Shown one piece after another: positions 10,393 through 23,765 of a DNA stretch of 64,000 nucleotides. The first letter of the stretch is position 1. The number at the start of each line of letters is the position of its first letter. The stretch is from Alphaproteobacteria bacterium (GTDB lineage: Bacteria; Pseudomonadota; Alphaproteobacteria; UBA828), in contig CBDEFM010000002.1 of NCBI GenBank assembly GCA_965237415.1, positions 3,712,001 to 3,776,000 of the forward strand. The letters are read 5' to 3'. The translations under genes were made by a program, and so were the position numbers. The notes under the pieces were generated by a model that saw only the letters and a list, made by a program, of their open reading frames with translations, did no database searches and had not been told where the DNA came from.

Positions 10393-11550
10393 GTGTCTGC
10401 CCGCAGCGCTTCCATCCCCTATGCGGCACCCCGCATCTCCGCCTTCTACGCGGCTTATTTTCTGGTGGCGGGGGTGGCGCTGCCGTTCTGGCCGCTCTTC
10501 CTGCAGGCGCGCGGCCTCTCGGTGACCGAGATCGGGCTGATGCTCGGGCTCACGCTCATGCTGCGCGCCGCCGCCGGCCCCTTCATCGGACGCTTCGCCG
10601 ATCGCCGCGACAGCACGCGGGGGCCGCTGGTCGCCTGCGCGCTCACCGTGCTTCTGATCGCCGCCGCCTTCTACTGGACCTGGGGCTTCTGGCCGATCTT
10701 CGCGGTGAGCACCGTCTTCACGCTGGTCTATGCCGGTGTGCTGCCGCTGGGCGAGACCATCGCGCTGCGCACGGTCTCGGCGGAGTCCGGCTATGGCCGC
10801 GTGCGGCTGTGGGGCTCGGTGTCTTACCTCGTCGCCGCGGCGGTGGGGGGCGCGGTGCTGGAGGCCGCCGCGGTGCCCTCCGCCGAGCTGATCCTCACCA
10901 TGATCCTCGTCTGCATCGCGCTGATGATCGCAGGCTCCTTCGCCATGCCGGACAAGCGAGGCGGCGATGCGCCGCCTTCGGCGCCGATCCTGAGCGTGCT
11001 GGGCGATCGGCAGTTCCGCCTCATGGTGATCGCGACCACGGCGATTCACGGCGCGCATGCGGTGTTCTACGGGTTCTCGACGCTCCACTGGCTCAGCGTC
11101 GGGCTCACGGAATGGGTGATCGGCATGCTCTGGGCGGGCGGTGTCGTCGCCGAGGTGATCCTCTTCGCGTGCAACGCGCCGCTGCTCCGTCGCATCGGGC
11201 CGGTCGGGCTCCTGGGGGCGGCAGCGTTAGCCGGGGTGGTGCGCTGGGCGGTGCTGGCGCTGACGACGGAGGTTTGGGCTCTGGCGCTTGCCCAATGCCT
11301 GCACGCGCTCACCTTCGGTGCGATGCATCTCGGCGCGATGGTGTTCATCGCCCGCACGGTGCCCGCCGGGTCGTCGAACACGGCGCAGGCGCTGTTCGCT
11401 GCGCTGACCAACGGCTTGGGGCTGGGCGCCGGGCTCCTGATCGCGGGCCTGCTCTATGCAGCGTGGGGCTCGGGAGCCTACTGGGTGTGTGCTGCGGTTT
11501 CGGGGCTGGGCTTCATCGCCGTGCTGGCGATGCGGACCGGCGCTCGATGA
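10393..11550 (+). CDS. MFS transporter (HcaT/MFS_1-like)
   Basis: About 12 TM segments, GRFADRR, YGRVRLWGS, Q.LHALTFG; GTG start uncertain. Confidence 0.85.
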   Translation: MSARSASIPYAAPRISAFYAAYFLVAGVALPFWPLFLQARGLSVTEIGLMLGLTLMLRAAAGPFIGRFADRRDSTRGPLVACALTVLLIAAAFYWTWGFWPIFAVSTVFTLVYAGVLPLGETIALRTVSAESGYGRVRLWGSVSYLVAAAVGGAVLEAAAVPSAELILTMILVCIALMIAGSFAMPDKRGGDAPPSAPILSVLGDRQFRLMVIATTAIHGAHAVFYGFSTLHWLSVGLTEWVIGMLWAGGVVAEVILFACNAPLLRRIGPVGLLGAAALAGVVRWAVLALTTEVWALALAQCLHALTFGAMHLGAMVFIARTVPAGSSNTAQALFAALTNGLGLGAGLLIAGLLYAAWGSGAYWVCAAVSGLGFIAVLAMRTGAR

Positions 11551-11558
11551 GAGATGGC

Positions 11559-11744
11559 TCAGTGACCGCCGGACTTGGCGGCGCCTGCCTTCAGGACGAA
11601 GCGCCGGTCGCAATAGGGGCAGTCGATGGCGCCGCCCGTCTCCAGATTGAGGAAGACGCGCGGATGACCGAGCGCGCCGCCGCCGCCGTTGCACGCAACG
11701 ACCGTCTCGCTGACCTCGATGATCTCTGGCGGATCGATGGTCAC
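11559..11744 (-). CDS. zf-CHCC zinc-finger protein
   Basis: CNGGGGALGHPRVFL...CPYC. Confidence 0.88.
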   Translation of the reverse strand: MTIDPPEIIEVSETVVACNGGGGALGHPRVFLNLETGGAIDCPYCDRRFVLKAGAAKSGGH

Positions 11745-11932
11745 GGGCCGTCCCTCATCCTCTCTGGTCTCTCCGCGCCGGCATTTGACCCCGGCGGCGG
11801 AGCGATGATACCCATTGCCCGCCGCCATTCAACCGGGCGCTGCCGTCCATATCGGCGCCATCCACTCCGTCACGAGCCGAGCCTGGAGGGCATTGTCCTG
11901 CACCCGACAGACGTCCACGACGGGTTCGCGCC

Positions 11933-12826
11933 ATGAGCGAGCCGCTCCCCTACGTCCGCGAGCTCGACTTCAGCTACGGCGCGGTGGCGCAGGTCTCGCC
12001 GCTGATCCGCCGCGTCATCGCGCACAACCCGAGCGTCTTCACCTTCCACGGCACCGGCACCTACATCGTGGGCCACGGCGAGGTGGCGATCATCGATGCC
12101 GGCCCCGACTTGGCCCAGCACGTCGATGCAGTCCTCGCTGCCGTGCGCGGCGAGACCGTGACTCACCTCGTCGTGACCCACACCCATATCGACCACTCGC
12201 CGGCGACCCGCCACATCAAGGCCGCAACCGGAGCTGAGACCTACGGCTTCGGCCCGCACGGGGGCGGTGAGGGGCCGGCGGTGGAGGAAGGCGCGGACCG
12301 CGACTTCGTGCCGGATCACCGGCTTGCAGACGGCGCGGTCGTCGCCGGGGACGGCTGGACGCTCGAGGCCGTGCACACCCCCGGCCACACCTCGAACCAT
12401 CTCTGCTTCGCGCTGGTGGAGGAGCGGGCGCTCTTCTCCGGCGATCACGTGATGGGCTGGTCGACCACGGTGGTCTCGCCGCCGGATGGCGACATGGGCG
12501 CCTACATGGTTTCGCTGGAGAAGCTCAAGGGGCGCGACGAGGAGACCTACTGGCCCACGCACGGGCCGCCGATTCCCAAGCCGCAACGCTTCGTCGGCAA
12601 GCTGCTCAGCCATCGGCGCCGGCGGGAGGCGGAGATCCTGTCCGCCGTGGCGGAGGGTGCTGCGACCATTCCCGAGATCGTGACCCTGCGCTACCGGGGG
12701 CTCGACCCGCGCCTCCGCCCCGCCGCCGCCCGCACCGTGCTCGCCCACCTGATCAATCTGGTCGAGAGCGGACGTGCCACCTGCCCCGGCAAGCCGGACG
12801 AGGAGGCCCACTACCGGGCGACTTGA
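11933..12826 (+). CDS. MBL-fold metallo-hydrolase (LACTB2-like)
   Basis: THTHIDH, HTPGHT, FSGDHVM, PTHG. Confidence 0.92.
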   Translation: MSEPLPYVRELDFSYGAVAQVSPLIRRVIAHNPSVFTFHGTGTYIVGHGEVAIIDAGPDLAQHVDAVLAAVRGETVTHLVVTHTHIDHSPATRHIKAATGAETYGFGPHGGGEGPAVEEGADRDFVPDHRLADGAVVAGDGWTLEAVHTPGHTSNHLCFALVEERALFSGDHVMGWSTTVVSPPDGDMGAYMVSLEKLKGRDEETYWPTHGPPIPKPQRFVGKLLSHRRRREAEILSAVAEGAATIPEIVTLRYRGLDPRLRPAAARTVLAHLINLVESGRATCPGKPDEEAHYRAT

Positions 12827-12845
12827 GCGAGCGCCCGGTTGAGTT

Positions 12846-13637
12846 CTAACGGGCGCGCTTCTTCGGCGGCGAGTCGCGGAACTCCTTGACCTGGGCGAGG
12901 GCGGCACCCTGGAGCAGCTTCGCGTCCTGGCCGCAGACGACCAGGTCGTAGCCGCGCTCGAAGGTCCATTTGACGGACTTGCCGGGGCGCGTGACCGTGG
13001 CGAGCAGCTTCCCCGTCGCGCGCAATTTGCGCTCCGCCTTCTGGAGCAGCTGGATCACCTTCGGCTCTTCCATGTCGAGCATGTGGCCGATGCTCGCCGA
13101 GACGTCGCTCGGCCCGAGGAACAGCATGTCGACGCCGTCGACCGCCGCGATCTCCTCGATATTGTCGATCGCTTCCTCGGTCTCGATCTGGCAGGCGACA
13201 AGGATCTCCTGCGGCATTGCCGCGAGATAGTCCTTGATCTGCGAGCCCCAGCGCGAGCAGCGTGCTGCGTGGGGCGCAACCCCGCGCACGCCCACGGTCG
13301 GATAGCGGCAGGCGGCGACCGCCGCCGCGGCCTCGGCGGCGTTCTGCACATAGGGCACGACGATGCCCATCACGCCGATGTCGAGCGCCCGCTTGATGTA
13401 GACCATGTCGTTCCACGGCACGCGCATCATCGGCGTCGCGCCGGACGAGGCCGCGGCCTGCATCAGGCCGATGGCGTTGAGCAGGTCGCCGGGTCCGTGC
13501 TCGTGATCCATGATGACCGTGTCGTAGCCGGCGTTGGCCACGATCTCGGCAGCGATGGGGCTGCCCATCGCGAGCCAGGCCCCGAGCGCGGGCTCGCCCG
13601 CGAGCATCTTTCTCTTGCAGCGGTTCTCGACGGTCAT
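12846..13637 (-). CDS. HpcH/HpaI aldolase family protein
   Basis: DHEHG, KRALDIG, QIET, FLGPSD. Confidence 0.9.
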   Translation of the reverse strand: MTVENRCKRKMLAGEPALGAWLAMGSPIAAEIVANAGYDTVIMDHEHGPGDLLNAIGLMQAAASSGATPMMRVPWNDMVYIKRALDIGVMGIVVPYVQNAAEAAAAVAACRYPTVGVRGVAPHAARCSRWGSQIKDYLAAMPQEILVACQIETEEAIDNIEEIAAVDGVDMLFLGPSDVSASIGHMLDMEEPKVIQLLQKAERKLRATGKLLATVTRPGKSVKWTFERGYDLVVCGQDAKLLQGAALAQVKEFRDSPPKKRAR

Positions 13638-13857
13638 GCGCGGCGCCTCCAGATGATGCGAAGATTTGTTGTGAGGGGACGCCCATCGGCCCAGGACACG
13701 CGGGCGAGGGGCGCGGCCGGTTCTAGCCCGGATTTCTCACCAATGTCACGGCCTGCGTAGCCAGCAAATGTCTCTCATCGAAAGGCGGGAACGCTTTTCC
13801 TATTCCTGCACTCTCCCTAACATGGCCGTGTCGATCACTCGATTAGCCGGAGCGCCC

Positions 13858-14742
13858 ATGCCCGAGCTTCGCCCCGACCAGTGCGCGTTCTTCCACGAAC
13901 ACGGCTATCTGATGGTCGAGAATGCGGTGGATGGCGCCCTGCTGTCGCGGTTGAAGCAGGACTTCGCCGCGTGGGTGGAGGAGAGCCGGTCTCACGACGC
14001 CGCTTGGGGCGACACCGTGGATGGCCGGCCGCGCTTCGACCTCGAGCCGGGTCACAGCGCGGAAAAGCCGAGCCTTCGCCGGGTCAATGCGCCGGTGGAG
14101 GTGTCCGAGGCCTATCTGGCGGCCACGCTGGAGAGCCGCATGGCCGACTGCGTTGCCGAGTTGATCGGACCCGACGTGAAGCTGCACCACACCAAGATCA
14201 ACTCCAAGCTCCCCGGCGGACACACCGAGGTCAAATGGCACCAGGACTTCTCGTTCACACCGCACAGCAACGACGATGTCGTCACGGCGCTGCTGATGGT
14301 GGACGAGGTCACCGAGGAGAACGGGCCGCTACAGGTTCTCGCCGGCTCGCACCGCGGCCCCATCCACAGCCTCTGGCACGAGGGCGTGTTCACGGGCGCG
14401 GTCGCAGACGCGGTGGCCGACGCGGCCGTGGCATCCGCCGAGATTTGCGTGGGGCCGGCAGGTGCGGCGTGCCTGATGCACACGCGCCTCCTGCACGGTT
14501 CCACTGCCAACCGTTCGGAGCGGCCCCGGACGCTTCACATCTCGGTGTACAGCGCTGAAGACGCGGTCGCCATTTCTCCGAATCCGGTGCCGAGCCGCTA
14601 CGAGGGGCGGCTCGTTCGTGGGCAGCGCACCGGGCGCGTGCGCTCGATGGACTACGAACTCGATCTGCCGCAGTTGCCGACCGGTGCCTCGTTTTTCGAC
14701 CAGCAGGCGCACCACGGGGCGCCGGGCGACGCAACCTCGTGA
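13858..14742 (+). CDS. Phytanoyl-CoA dioxygenase (PhyH) family 2OG-Fe(II) oxygenase
   Basis: F.EHGYL, WHQD, ENGPL..L.GSH, HGS..N.S..PR. Confidence 0.9.
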   Translation: MPELRPDQCAFFHEHGYLMVENAVDGALLSRLKQDFAAWVEESRSHDAAWGDTVDGRPRFDLEPGHSAEKPSLRRVNAPVEVSEAYLAATLESRMADCVAELIGPDVKLHHTKINSKLPGGHTEVKWHQDFSFTPHSNDDVVTALLMVDEVTEENGPLQVLAGSHRGPIHSLWHEGVFTGAVADAVADAAVASAEICVGPAGAACLMHTRLLHGSTANRSERPRTLHISVYSAEDAVAISPNPVPSRYEGRLVRGQRTGRVRSMDYELDLPQLPTGASFFDQQAHHGAPGDATS

Positions 14743-14845
14743 GCCGATGCGGCGTTGCACCTGCCTGCTGTAGCCGCCGACGAGCCGCCGCGCCTCCTCA
14801 AGGAAGCCCGCTCGGTCCCCGGAAAGACCCTTGCCGCCTTCGACG

Positions 14846-16126
14846 TCAGTGCTGAGGCAGGTGCGAGTCCCGAGCACCCTTGTACACGATGGGCAGGAGT
14901 GACGGGTCCGTGACGCTGGAGTCATCGTGCCGATGGATCACGCTGCGGCCCTTACCGCAGTCCCCGAAGTCATCGCAGGTAAACGTGCCGATGATGCCCT
15001 GAAAGTCTGCGGTTCTATCCAACGCATCACGGAGTGCCGCGCGGTCGATGTGCAGTGTATGCAGTGTATCGCCATCGACGACCGAAACCTGCTCGATAGC
15101 CGAGAGCAACAGCGTCGTGGCGTCATACCCGTGCCCCCAGTAAGGCGACGTTGGCGGCCCCCCGAAGGCGACCTCGAACGCGGCCAGTACATCGGCAGCG
15201 CTTCTGCCCGTCGCCTGGTTCGTGTTGCCGCTGTCTCCGAGATCGGGTGCGGTGAAATAGAGGCCTTCTGACTCCGGCAACGCAAGAACCTCCGTCGTCA
15301 ATATGGCGGCACCGCCGATCATCGTCACACCTTCCAAGGCGCCGGACTGGGCTGCCAGTTGAAGCAGAGTCGTTGCCTCCGATGGGAAGAGCGGGATGAA
15401 CACGCCATCGGGGTCGGCTTCTTCGAACTGGGCAAGAACGGTGGCCATGTCAGTCTGGCCTTTTGCCACCTGAGCGACGACCGGAACCGCACCGCCATGC
15501 TCGCGGAATGCAGCAGAAAAAGCATGCGCAATGGCGTCGGTATAGGGGTCGCCATCGTGGATCGTGACCATCGTGCGCAAGCCACGTTCGTCGTAGCTGA
15601 AATGCGCAACAATGCTCGCCTCGATGAGGTCGTTATCCGTAACACGATAATAACCCTTGTGGTAGTCCGGGCCGGCATTGCCGGCGAGATCGGACGTGAG
15701 CACAGGCGAGGTGTTGGCCGGTGAAATCATGAAGAAACCCGCCTCGCTGAGGATAGGCGATGCCTCCACCGCCGCACCGGAGCACAGGGTCCCTATGACG
15801 CCGACGACCTGCGGGTCGGCAACGACGGCCTCAGCCGCCGCGCGCCCACCTGGGCCAGAGCATGTCTCGTCGAGAGTTTCGACGGAGACGTCGTGCCCGT
15901 GTATGGGGCCGAAATCCTTTATCGCTATCTCGATGGCGGCTCGGATTAGAGGGGACACAGACGGCACGACCGAATCGGACAGGAGCGCGCGGATCTCGAT
16001 CGGCTGACCACGCTTGATCTCAACCGCACCGAGTGGTCCCGCTGTGAAACCAACGCTGCAAGCGGTAATCGCCAACACCATGAAAGCGAGTACCGAGCCT
16101 TGTCCGATGAGAAGCAGGTTACGCAT
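14846..16126 (-). CDS. Orphan branched-chain amino acid ABC substrate-binding protein
   Basis: GVIGTLCSG, ISPANTSP.LT, YDATTLL, F.GIIG; lipobox-like ITAC. Confidence 0.85.
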   Translation of the reverse strand: MRNLLLIGQGSVLAFMVLAITACSVGFTAGPLGAVEIKRGQPIEIRALLSDSVVPSVSPLIRAAIEIAIKDFGPIHGHDVSVETLDETCSGPGGRAAAEAVVADPQVVGVIGTLCSGAAVEASPILSEAGFFMISPANTSPVLTSDLAGNAGPDYHKGYYRVTDNDLIEASIVAHFSYDERGLRTMVTIHDGDPYTDAIAHAFSAAFREHGGAVPVVAQVAKGQTDMATVLAQFEEADPDGVFIPLFPSEATTLLQLAAQSGALEGVTMIGGAAILTTEVLALPESEGLYFTAPDLGDSGNTNQATGRSAADVLAAFEVAFGGPPTSPYWGHGYDATTLLLSAIEQVSVVDGDTLHTLHIDRAALRDALDRTADFQGIIGTFTCDDFGDCGKGRSVIHRHDDSSVTDPSLLPIVYKGARDSHLPQH

Positions 16127-16419
16127 TGCCAACTCCTTTCCTGCAAGTCCGTGAATGTCGTCCTGTGACAAGGATGCGACAGTTCACTGGAACAGTTGTC
16201 GCGGCACTATGGACGGAGTGCGAGAACATGGCATGGAATTGATAGCATCCGTCGCACCGCCGAGCGAAGCTGGCGAGCTGGCGTCCGGCATGGTGGGGTT
16301 GATCTTGCGATGGGCCCCGGTGATCGCTGACCGACCCCCGGTGGATGCTCCAGTCGGAATATCCGTGCATTGACGGAACATCGAGCCGCCCGACATGCCG
16401 TCGGCTTCGGATGGTGGCG

Positions 16420-16595
16420 GTCACGTCCAGGCTCGGGAATCAAAAGACATTCAGGCACTCCGTCCTGAACGATCCGTTGAACGATTCGAAGACGGCGTTG
16501 TCCGCGGGCTTCCCCGCCGGGAGACACCCTGAGTCGCCCCGTTTAACCAGGTCTAGAGGTCGAGTTCCTTGCTGATGAACTCGGGCCCGTAGCGC
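16420..16595 (-). pseudogene. IS3-family transposase OrfB remnant
   Basis: GPEFISKELDL* then frameshift to GKPADNAVFESFNGSFRTECLNVF*FPSLD. Confidence 0.8.
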
Positions 16596-16695
16596 ATTGG
16601 GAAGGGCGTGGGGACGGAGACCGCGACCGACCGTCGAGCCGATCAAGAGCTCGAGCGGGCGGTCATGGCCGAAGGGCCAGAGGCCCGGACAGCGC

Positions 16696-19146
<2,451 letters not shown>

Positions 19147-19248
19147 TGTTCCTCGTGCGCCTTACGATTGCGCTTCAGAGCGGTGGCCGGCGCCGCCGCT
19201 TTCTCCCAGGCAAGGTAAGTACGGAGACGCCGCTGTTCAAGCGGCCTC

Positions 19249-20517
19249 TCAGGATGCCGACGAACTCGCGTCCTCGAGCCGGTCGGAATAAATCAGGAGA
19301 GGATGTGCCCTGCCTTCGACCACTTCACGGTTGATGACGACCTCCTCGACCGAATCGTAGCCCGGCAAATCGAACATCGGATCGAGCAGGATGTCCTCGA
19401 GAATGGAACGCAGGCCGCGTGCGCCGGTCTTCCGCAAGATGGCCTTTTGGGCGACCGCGCGGAGCGCGTCCTCGGTGAAGGCCAGCGTCACGCTCTCCAT
19501 GTCGAACAGCCTCTCGTACTGCTTCACGAGCGCGTTCTTCGGCTTGACCAGAATCTCCACCAGCGCGTCCGCATCGAGGTCGTCGAGGGTCGCGATCACC
19601 GGCAGGCGGCCGACGAACTCGGGGATGAGCCCGAAGCCGAGCAGGTCTTCCGGCTCGACCTCGCGCAGAATCTCGCCGGTCTTCCGCTCGTCCGGTGCGC
19701 GCACATCGGCGCCGAAGCCGATCGCCATGCCGCGCCCGCGCTGGGCGATGATCTTCTCCAGACCCGAGAAGGCGCCGCCGCAGATGAACAGGATGTTGGT
19801 CGTGTCGACCTGCAGGAACTCCTGCTGCGGATGCTTGCGCCCGCCCTGGGGCGGGACCGAGGCCACGGTGCCTTCCATGATCTTGAGCAGCGCTTGCTGC
19901 ACGCCCTCGCCGGAGACATCCCGCGTGATCGACGGGTTGTCCGACTTGCGGGCGATCTTGTCCACCTCGTCCAGATAGACGATGCCGCGCTGGGCCCGCT
20001 CGACATTATAGTCGGCCGACTGGAGAAGTTTCAGGATGATGTTCTCGACATCCTCGCCGACGTAGCCGGCTTCGGTCAGCGTGGTTGCGTCGGCCATCGT
20101 GAAGGGCACGTCGAGGATGCGGGCCAATGTTTGAGCGAGCAGCGTCTTGCCGCAGCCGGTCGGCCCGACCAGCAGGATGTTGGACTTGGCGAGCTCGACC
20201 TCGTTGCCCTTGCTGCCGTGGGCGAGGCGCTTGTAGTGGTTGTGCACGGCGACGGAGAGCACCCGCTTGGCGTGGTCCTGACCGATCACGTAGTCGGACA
20301 GCACCTCGCAAATCTCGGCAGGTGTGGGTACGCCATCGCGGCTCTTCACCCGCGCGCTCTTGTGCTCCTCGCGGATGATGTCCATGCAGAGCTCGACGCA
20401 CTCGTCGCAGATGAACACCGTGGGCCCCGCGATGAGCTTGCGCACTTCGTGCTGGCTCTTTCCGCAGAAAGAGCAGTACAGCGTATTCTTCGAATCGCCG
20501 CCGCTGGACTTGTTCAT
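19249..20517 (-). CDS. clpX: Clp protease ATP-binding subunit ClpX
   Basis: CSFC zinc finger, [26 protein letters not shown] loop. Confidence 0.98.
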   Translation of the reverse strand: MNKSSGGDSKNTLYCSFCGKSQHEVRKLIAGPTVFICDECVELCMDIIREEHKSARVKSRDGVPTPAEICEVLSDYVIGQDHAKRVLSVAVHNHYKRLAHGSKGNEVELAKSNILLVGPTGCGKTLLAQTLARILDVPFTMADATTLTEAGYVGEDVENIILKLLQSADYNVERAQRGIVYLDEVDKIARKSDNPSITRDVSGEGVQQALLKIMEGTVASVPPQGGRKHPQQEFLQVDTTNILFICGGAFSGLEKIIAQRGRGMAIGFGADVRAPDERKTGEILREVEPEDLLGFGLIPEFVGRLPVIATLDDLDADALVEILVKPKNALVKQYERLFDMESVTLAFTEDALRAVAQKAILRKTGARGLRSILEDILLDPMFDLPGYDSVEEVVINREVVEGRAHPLLIYSDRLEDASSSAS

Positions 20518-20740
20518 GTCCGCTCCGTACCGCCGCTTGCCGGGACTCGTCTGCTAAAGCCGCCCTTAGGCCCGCGACGCTCCTCTCCAGACAACCCGAA
20601 CCCCGTGAGGTTGGCAAACACCTCGGCCCGTGTCTAGGCCCAACATTCGGTGTTTTCGAGGCCCAATATCTAGTGCTTTCCGCGCCAATCCGCAGGCTGG
20701 AGGTACCACGCCAAAAATCGACTCCGGCGGGCCGCGATCT

Positions 20741-21400
20741 CTAGCTTCCCTTCTTGGCGCCGCCCTTGTCATCCGATTCGTCGGCAGCCTCCGGCCGCTG
20801 CGAGACCACATCGTCCACGATCCCGAACTCCTTGGCTTCGTCCGGAGTCATGAATTTGTCGCGCTCGAGACTATCCTCGATGACCGCAATATCCTGGCCG
20901 GTGTGGTTCACGTAAATCTCATTGAGGCGCTGACGCAGCGAAAGGATCTCCTTGGCGTGAATCGCGATGTCGGTCGCTTGCCCCTGAAAGCCGCCGGACG
21001 GCTGGTGCAGCATGATGCGGGCGTTGGGCAACGTGAAGCGCTGCCCCGCGGCGCCGGCCGCCAACAGCAGCGAGCCCATGGAGGCCGCCTGGCCGATGCA
21101 GAGCGTGGCCACCGCCGGCCGCACGTACTGCATCGTGTCGTAAATCGCGAGGCCCGATGTCACGAGGCCGCCGGGGCTGTTGATATAGACCGAGACGTCC
21201 TTGGTCGGATTCTCGGATTCCAAGAACAAGAGCTGAGCTGTAATCAGGCTCGCGACCTCATCGCCGATGCCGCCGGTCAGAAAGATGATCCGCTCCTTGA
21301 GCAAGCGCGAGTAAATGTCGTAGGCGCGCTCGCCCCGGTTGGTCTGCTCCACGACCATGGGCACGAGGGTATTGGCGTAGGTCTCGACGATATCCGCCAT
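20741..21400 (-). CDS. clpP: Clp protease proteolytic subunit
   Basis: DIYSRLL, YINSPGG, GQAASMG, HQP. Confidence 0.98.
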   Translation of the reverse strand: MADIVETYANTLVPMVVEQTNRGERAYDIYSRLLKERIIFLTGGIGDEVASLITAQLLFLESENPTKDVSVYINSPGGLVTSGLAIYDTMQYVRPAVATLCIGQAASMGSLLLAAGAAGQRFTLPNARIMLHQPSGGFQGQATDIAIHAKEILSLRQRLNEIYVNHTGQDIAVIEDSLERDKFMTPDEAKEFGIVDDVVSQRPEAADESDDKGGAKKGS

Positions 21401-21426
21401 GACGCTCTTCCTTCCGGCGAGGGGGC

Positions 21427-22863
21427 TCAGCCCGACTTGTCCGGCGCGGTGCTCTCGCCCTCATCGGCCGCAGCACTCTCGTCCTCACCGGCCTGGGCTG
21501 TTTCGGAGTCCGACGATTCCTCGTCCTCGTCCGGGTCGCGCAGCAACGTCTCCACATCGACCACCTGATCCGAGACCGTGGCGAGCTCGCTCAAGAAGGC
21601 GATCACCTTGTCCTCGAATACCGTGGGGCGGAATCGTTCGAGCGCCTGCGGTTGGTTCCTGTAGTAATCGAGGAGACGCTGGGGCTCGGGATGCCCGCGG
21701 GCGCTCATCATGGCGGCGCGGAGCAGATCCTCCTGCTCGACCGTGATGTCGTTGGCGCCGCCGATCTCGGCGATCAGGAGGCCGAGACGCACGCGCCGCT
21801 CGGCAATCTGGCGGAACTCTTCCCGCGCCTCCTCCTCCGTTTGATCGAGGAGCGTGGCGATTTCCGTCTCGGCTCTCTTGGCGTCGTTCTCGACCTGCTG
21901 CCAGACGGCGTCGAACTCGCGCTCGACCATGCCGGGCGGCACCTCGAATTTATAGCGCTCGTCGAGGACATCGAGAAGCGAGCGCTTGAGCCGGGCCTGC
22001 GAGACCTGCTCGTACTCCGACTGAATTTGATCGCGCACCACGCCGCGCAACTCGTCCAGGTCCTTGGCGCCGCGGCGCTCGGCAAAAGCTTCGTCGACCG
22101 TCACGGGCAGCCGCTCCCGCACCTCCTTGACCGTGATCTTGAATTGGGTGGCGGAATCGGCCGCTCCGGCCTGATCCTCCGCGCCGTCTTCGGCCTCGGG
22201 CGCTGGACGGGTGATCGTCACCTCGCGTTCCTCGCCGGCCTCCGCGCCAACGAGCTGCTCGGTCATTTCGGGCATGAGCGCTTCGGCATCGAGCTCGAGC
22301 GGTACGTCCGTGCCGCTCCGCTCGGGCGCCGGTTTGCCGTCGACTTCGACGGCGATGTCGACCAGGATTTCGTCGCCTTTCCGCGCCGGCCTCGGCTCGC
22401 CGACCGGCTCGAAACGCTTCTCGGCTTCGGCGAGGCGCGCAATCGCGTCCGCCACCGATTCGTCGCTCACCTCGGCCTTGAGCCGCGTAACAGCGAGCTC
22501 GGAGAAATCGCCGAGCTCGATGTTCGGCAAGACCTCCATCCCCATGGTGAACTCGAGATCCTTGCCTTCGTCGTAAGACGTGATCTCGATCTCGGGCTGC
22601 ATGGCCGGGCGCAGCTCACGCTCCTCGGCGACCTCGCGCCAGCTCGTCTCGATCGTCTGCTGCAGGACCTCGCCCAGCACGCGCGGCTGGTATTGACGGC
22701 GCACGATCGAGAGCGGCACCTTGCCGCGCCGGAAGCCCTTCATGGTCACGGTCTTGCGCAACTCGTCGAGCCGCCCCTCGATATCGGCTTCGAGGTCGGC
22801 GGCGGGCACCGTCACCTTGAGCTCGCGCCTCAGTCCTTCCGCGAGGGTCTCCGTCACCTGCAT
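21427..22863 (-). CDS. tig: Trigger factor
   Basis: GFRRGKVP ribosome-binding motif, AERRVRLGL; tig-clpP-clpX-lon synteny. Confidence 0.95.
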   Translation of the reverse strand: MQVTETLAEGLRRELKVTVPAADLEADIEGRLDELRKTVTMKGFRRGKVPLSIVRRQYQPRVLGEVLQQTIETSWREVAEERELRPAMQPEIEITSYDEGKDLEFTMGMEVLPNIELGDFSELAVTRLKAEVSDESVADAIARLAEAEKRFEPVGEPRPARKGDEILVDIAVEVDGKPAPERSGTDVPLELDAEALMPEMTEQLVGAEAGEEREVTITRPAPEAEDGAEDQAGAADSATQFKITVKEVRERLPVTVDEAFAERRGAKDLDELRGVVRDQIQSEYEQVSQARLKRSLLDVLDERYKFEVPPGMVEREFDAVWQQVENDAKRAETEIATLLDQTEEEAREEFRQIAERRVRLGLLIAEIGGANDITVEQEDLLRAAMMSARGHPEPQRLLDYYRNQPQALERFRPTVFEDKVIAFLSELATVSDQVVDVETLLRDPDEDEESSDSETAQAGEDESAAADEGESTAPDKSG

Positions 22864-22929
22864 GGTCTAGCGCTCATGTCGCACTCCGTATGTCCGGCAT
22901 GCGCCGGTTGGGGCGGGCTGCGTCGGCGA

Positions 22930-23015
22930 TGGTGCGGGCGAAGGGATTCGAACCCCCACGGCCTTAGCCACGTGGTCCTAAGCCACGCGCGTCTACCAAA
23001 TTCCGCCACGCCCGC
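22930..23015 (-). tRNA. tRNA-Leu(TAG)
   Basis: GCGGGCGTGGCGGAATTTGGTAGACG...CTTAGGA...GGTTCGAATCC...CACCA, long variable arm. Confidence 0.95.
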
Positions 23016-23074
23016 GCGCCTGCCGCGCCCCCTCACTGGTGAGCCGCCCCGGTGCGGAGCGGCGTAGGGCGCCC

Positions 23075-23103
23075 TATAGCATAGAAGGGCGGCCCTAAGT
23101 CAA
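23075..23103 (-). promoter_or_regulatory. Putative sigma70 promoter for tRNA-Leu/tig
   Basis: TTGACT...GCTATAG on the minus strand, like the alphaproteobacterial housekeeping consensus. Confidence 0.4.
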
Positions 23104-23165
23104 AAAGCCGTTGACGGGCGTTTCCGCCTTGAATGCGGGCGAGCGGGCTGATGATATCGCCGTGC

Positions 23166-23255
23166 GGATGGGTGGCCGAGCGGTTGAAGGCACCGGTCTT
23201 GAAAACCGGCAGGGGCGCGAGTCCCTCGTGGGTTCGAATCCCACCCCATCCGCCA
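23166..23255 (+). tRNA. tRNA-Ser(TGA)
   Basis: GGATGGGTGGCCGAGCGGTTGAAGGCACCGGTCTTGAAAACCGG...GGTTCGAATCCCACCCCATCCGCCA. Confidence 0.96.
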
Positions 23256-23300
23256 CCAAGTGGGCCGGTGCCTCGCCGGCCGGCCGGAGCTTGCCGGCGC

Positions 23301-23558
23301 TCAAAGGTCCATATCCAGTTGGCCGGCCGCCGCATCCGGTGACAGCCCAGCTTCGGTCAACGCCTTGTAGGACCGCGCCACGCCCGCGAAGTCCGACGCG
23401 CGGAGCGAGTCGAACGACAGCGCCAGGTCCGGCGCATCGAGCTTCACCGCAAGCTCGGCTTCCGCGATCCGGGCCAGCGGCTGCAGGGTCAGCCGCTCAA
23501 AGCGGCGGTAGGCTTCCCGCGCCAGGGTGCCGTCGCCTTTCACCAGTCCGGCCAGCAC
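23301..23558 (-). pseudogene. C-terminal fragment resembling a phage portal protein
   Basis: AREAYRRF..LTLQPLARIAEAELAVKL...LSFDSLRASDFAG; similarity recalled, not searched. Confidence 0.55.
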
Positions 23559-23559
23559 T

Positions 23560-23690
23560 GGATCAACACCGCCCGCGGGCAGTGCGGATGGTAGCAGCAG
23601 CCGGAGGGCGGGTCGGCGACGTCACCGCCCCAGTCGGGGGCCGCCTCGCCCCGCACGCGGTGCACCTTGTCATAGCCGGTCAGATGTGCC
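23560..23690 (-). pseudogene. Oligopeptide ABC ATPase C-terminal remnant
   Basis: GDVADPPSGCCYHPHCPRA matches the P.GC.FHPRCP tail. Confidence 0.6.
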
Positions 23691-23765
23691 TGGAACCTTT
23701 GCCGGGCTTCGGCTCCGCCTCGCCTCGATTCCAGGCAATCTCCACGGCCAATCCGCTGTTTGCAC

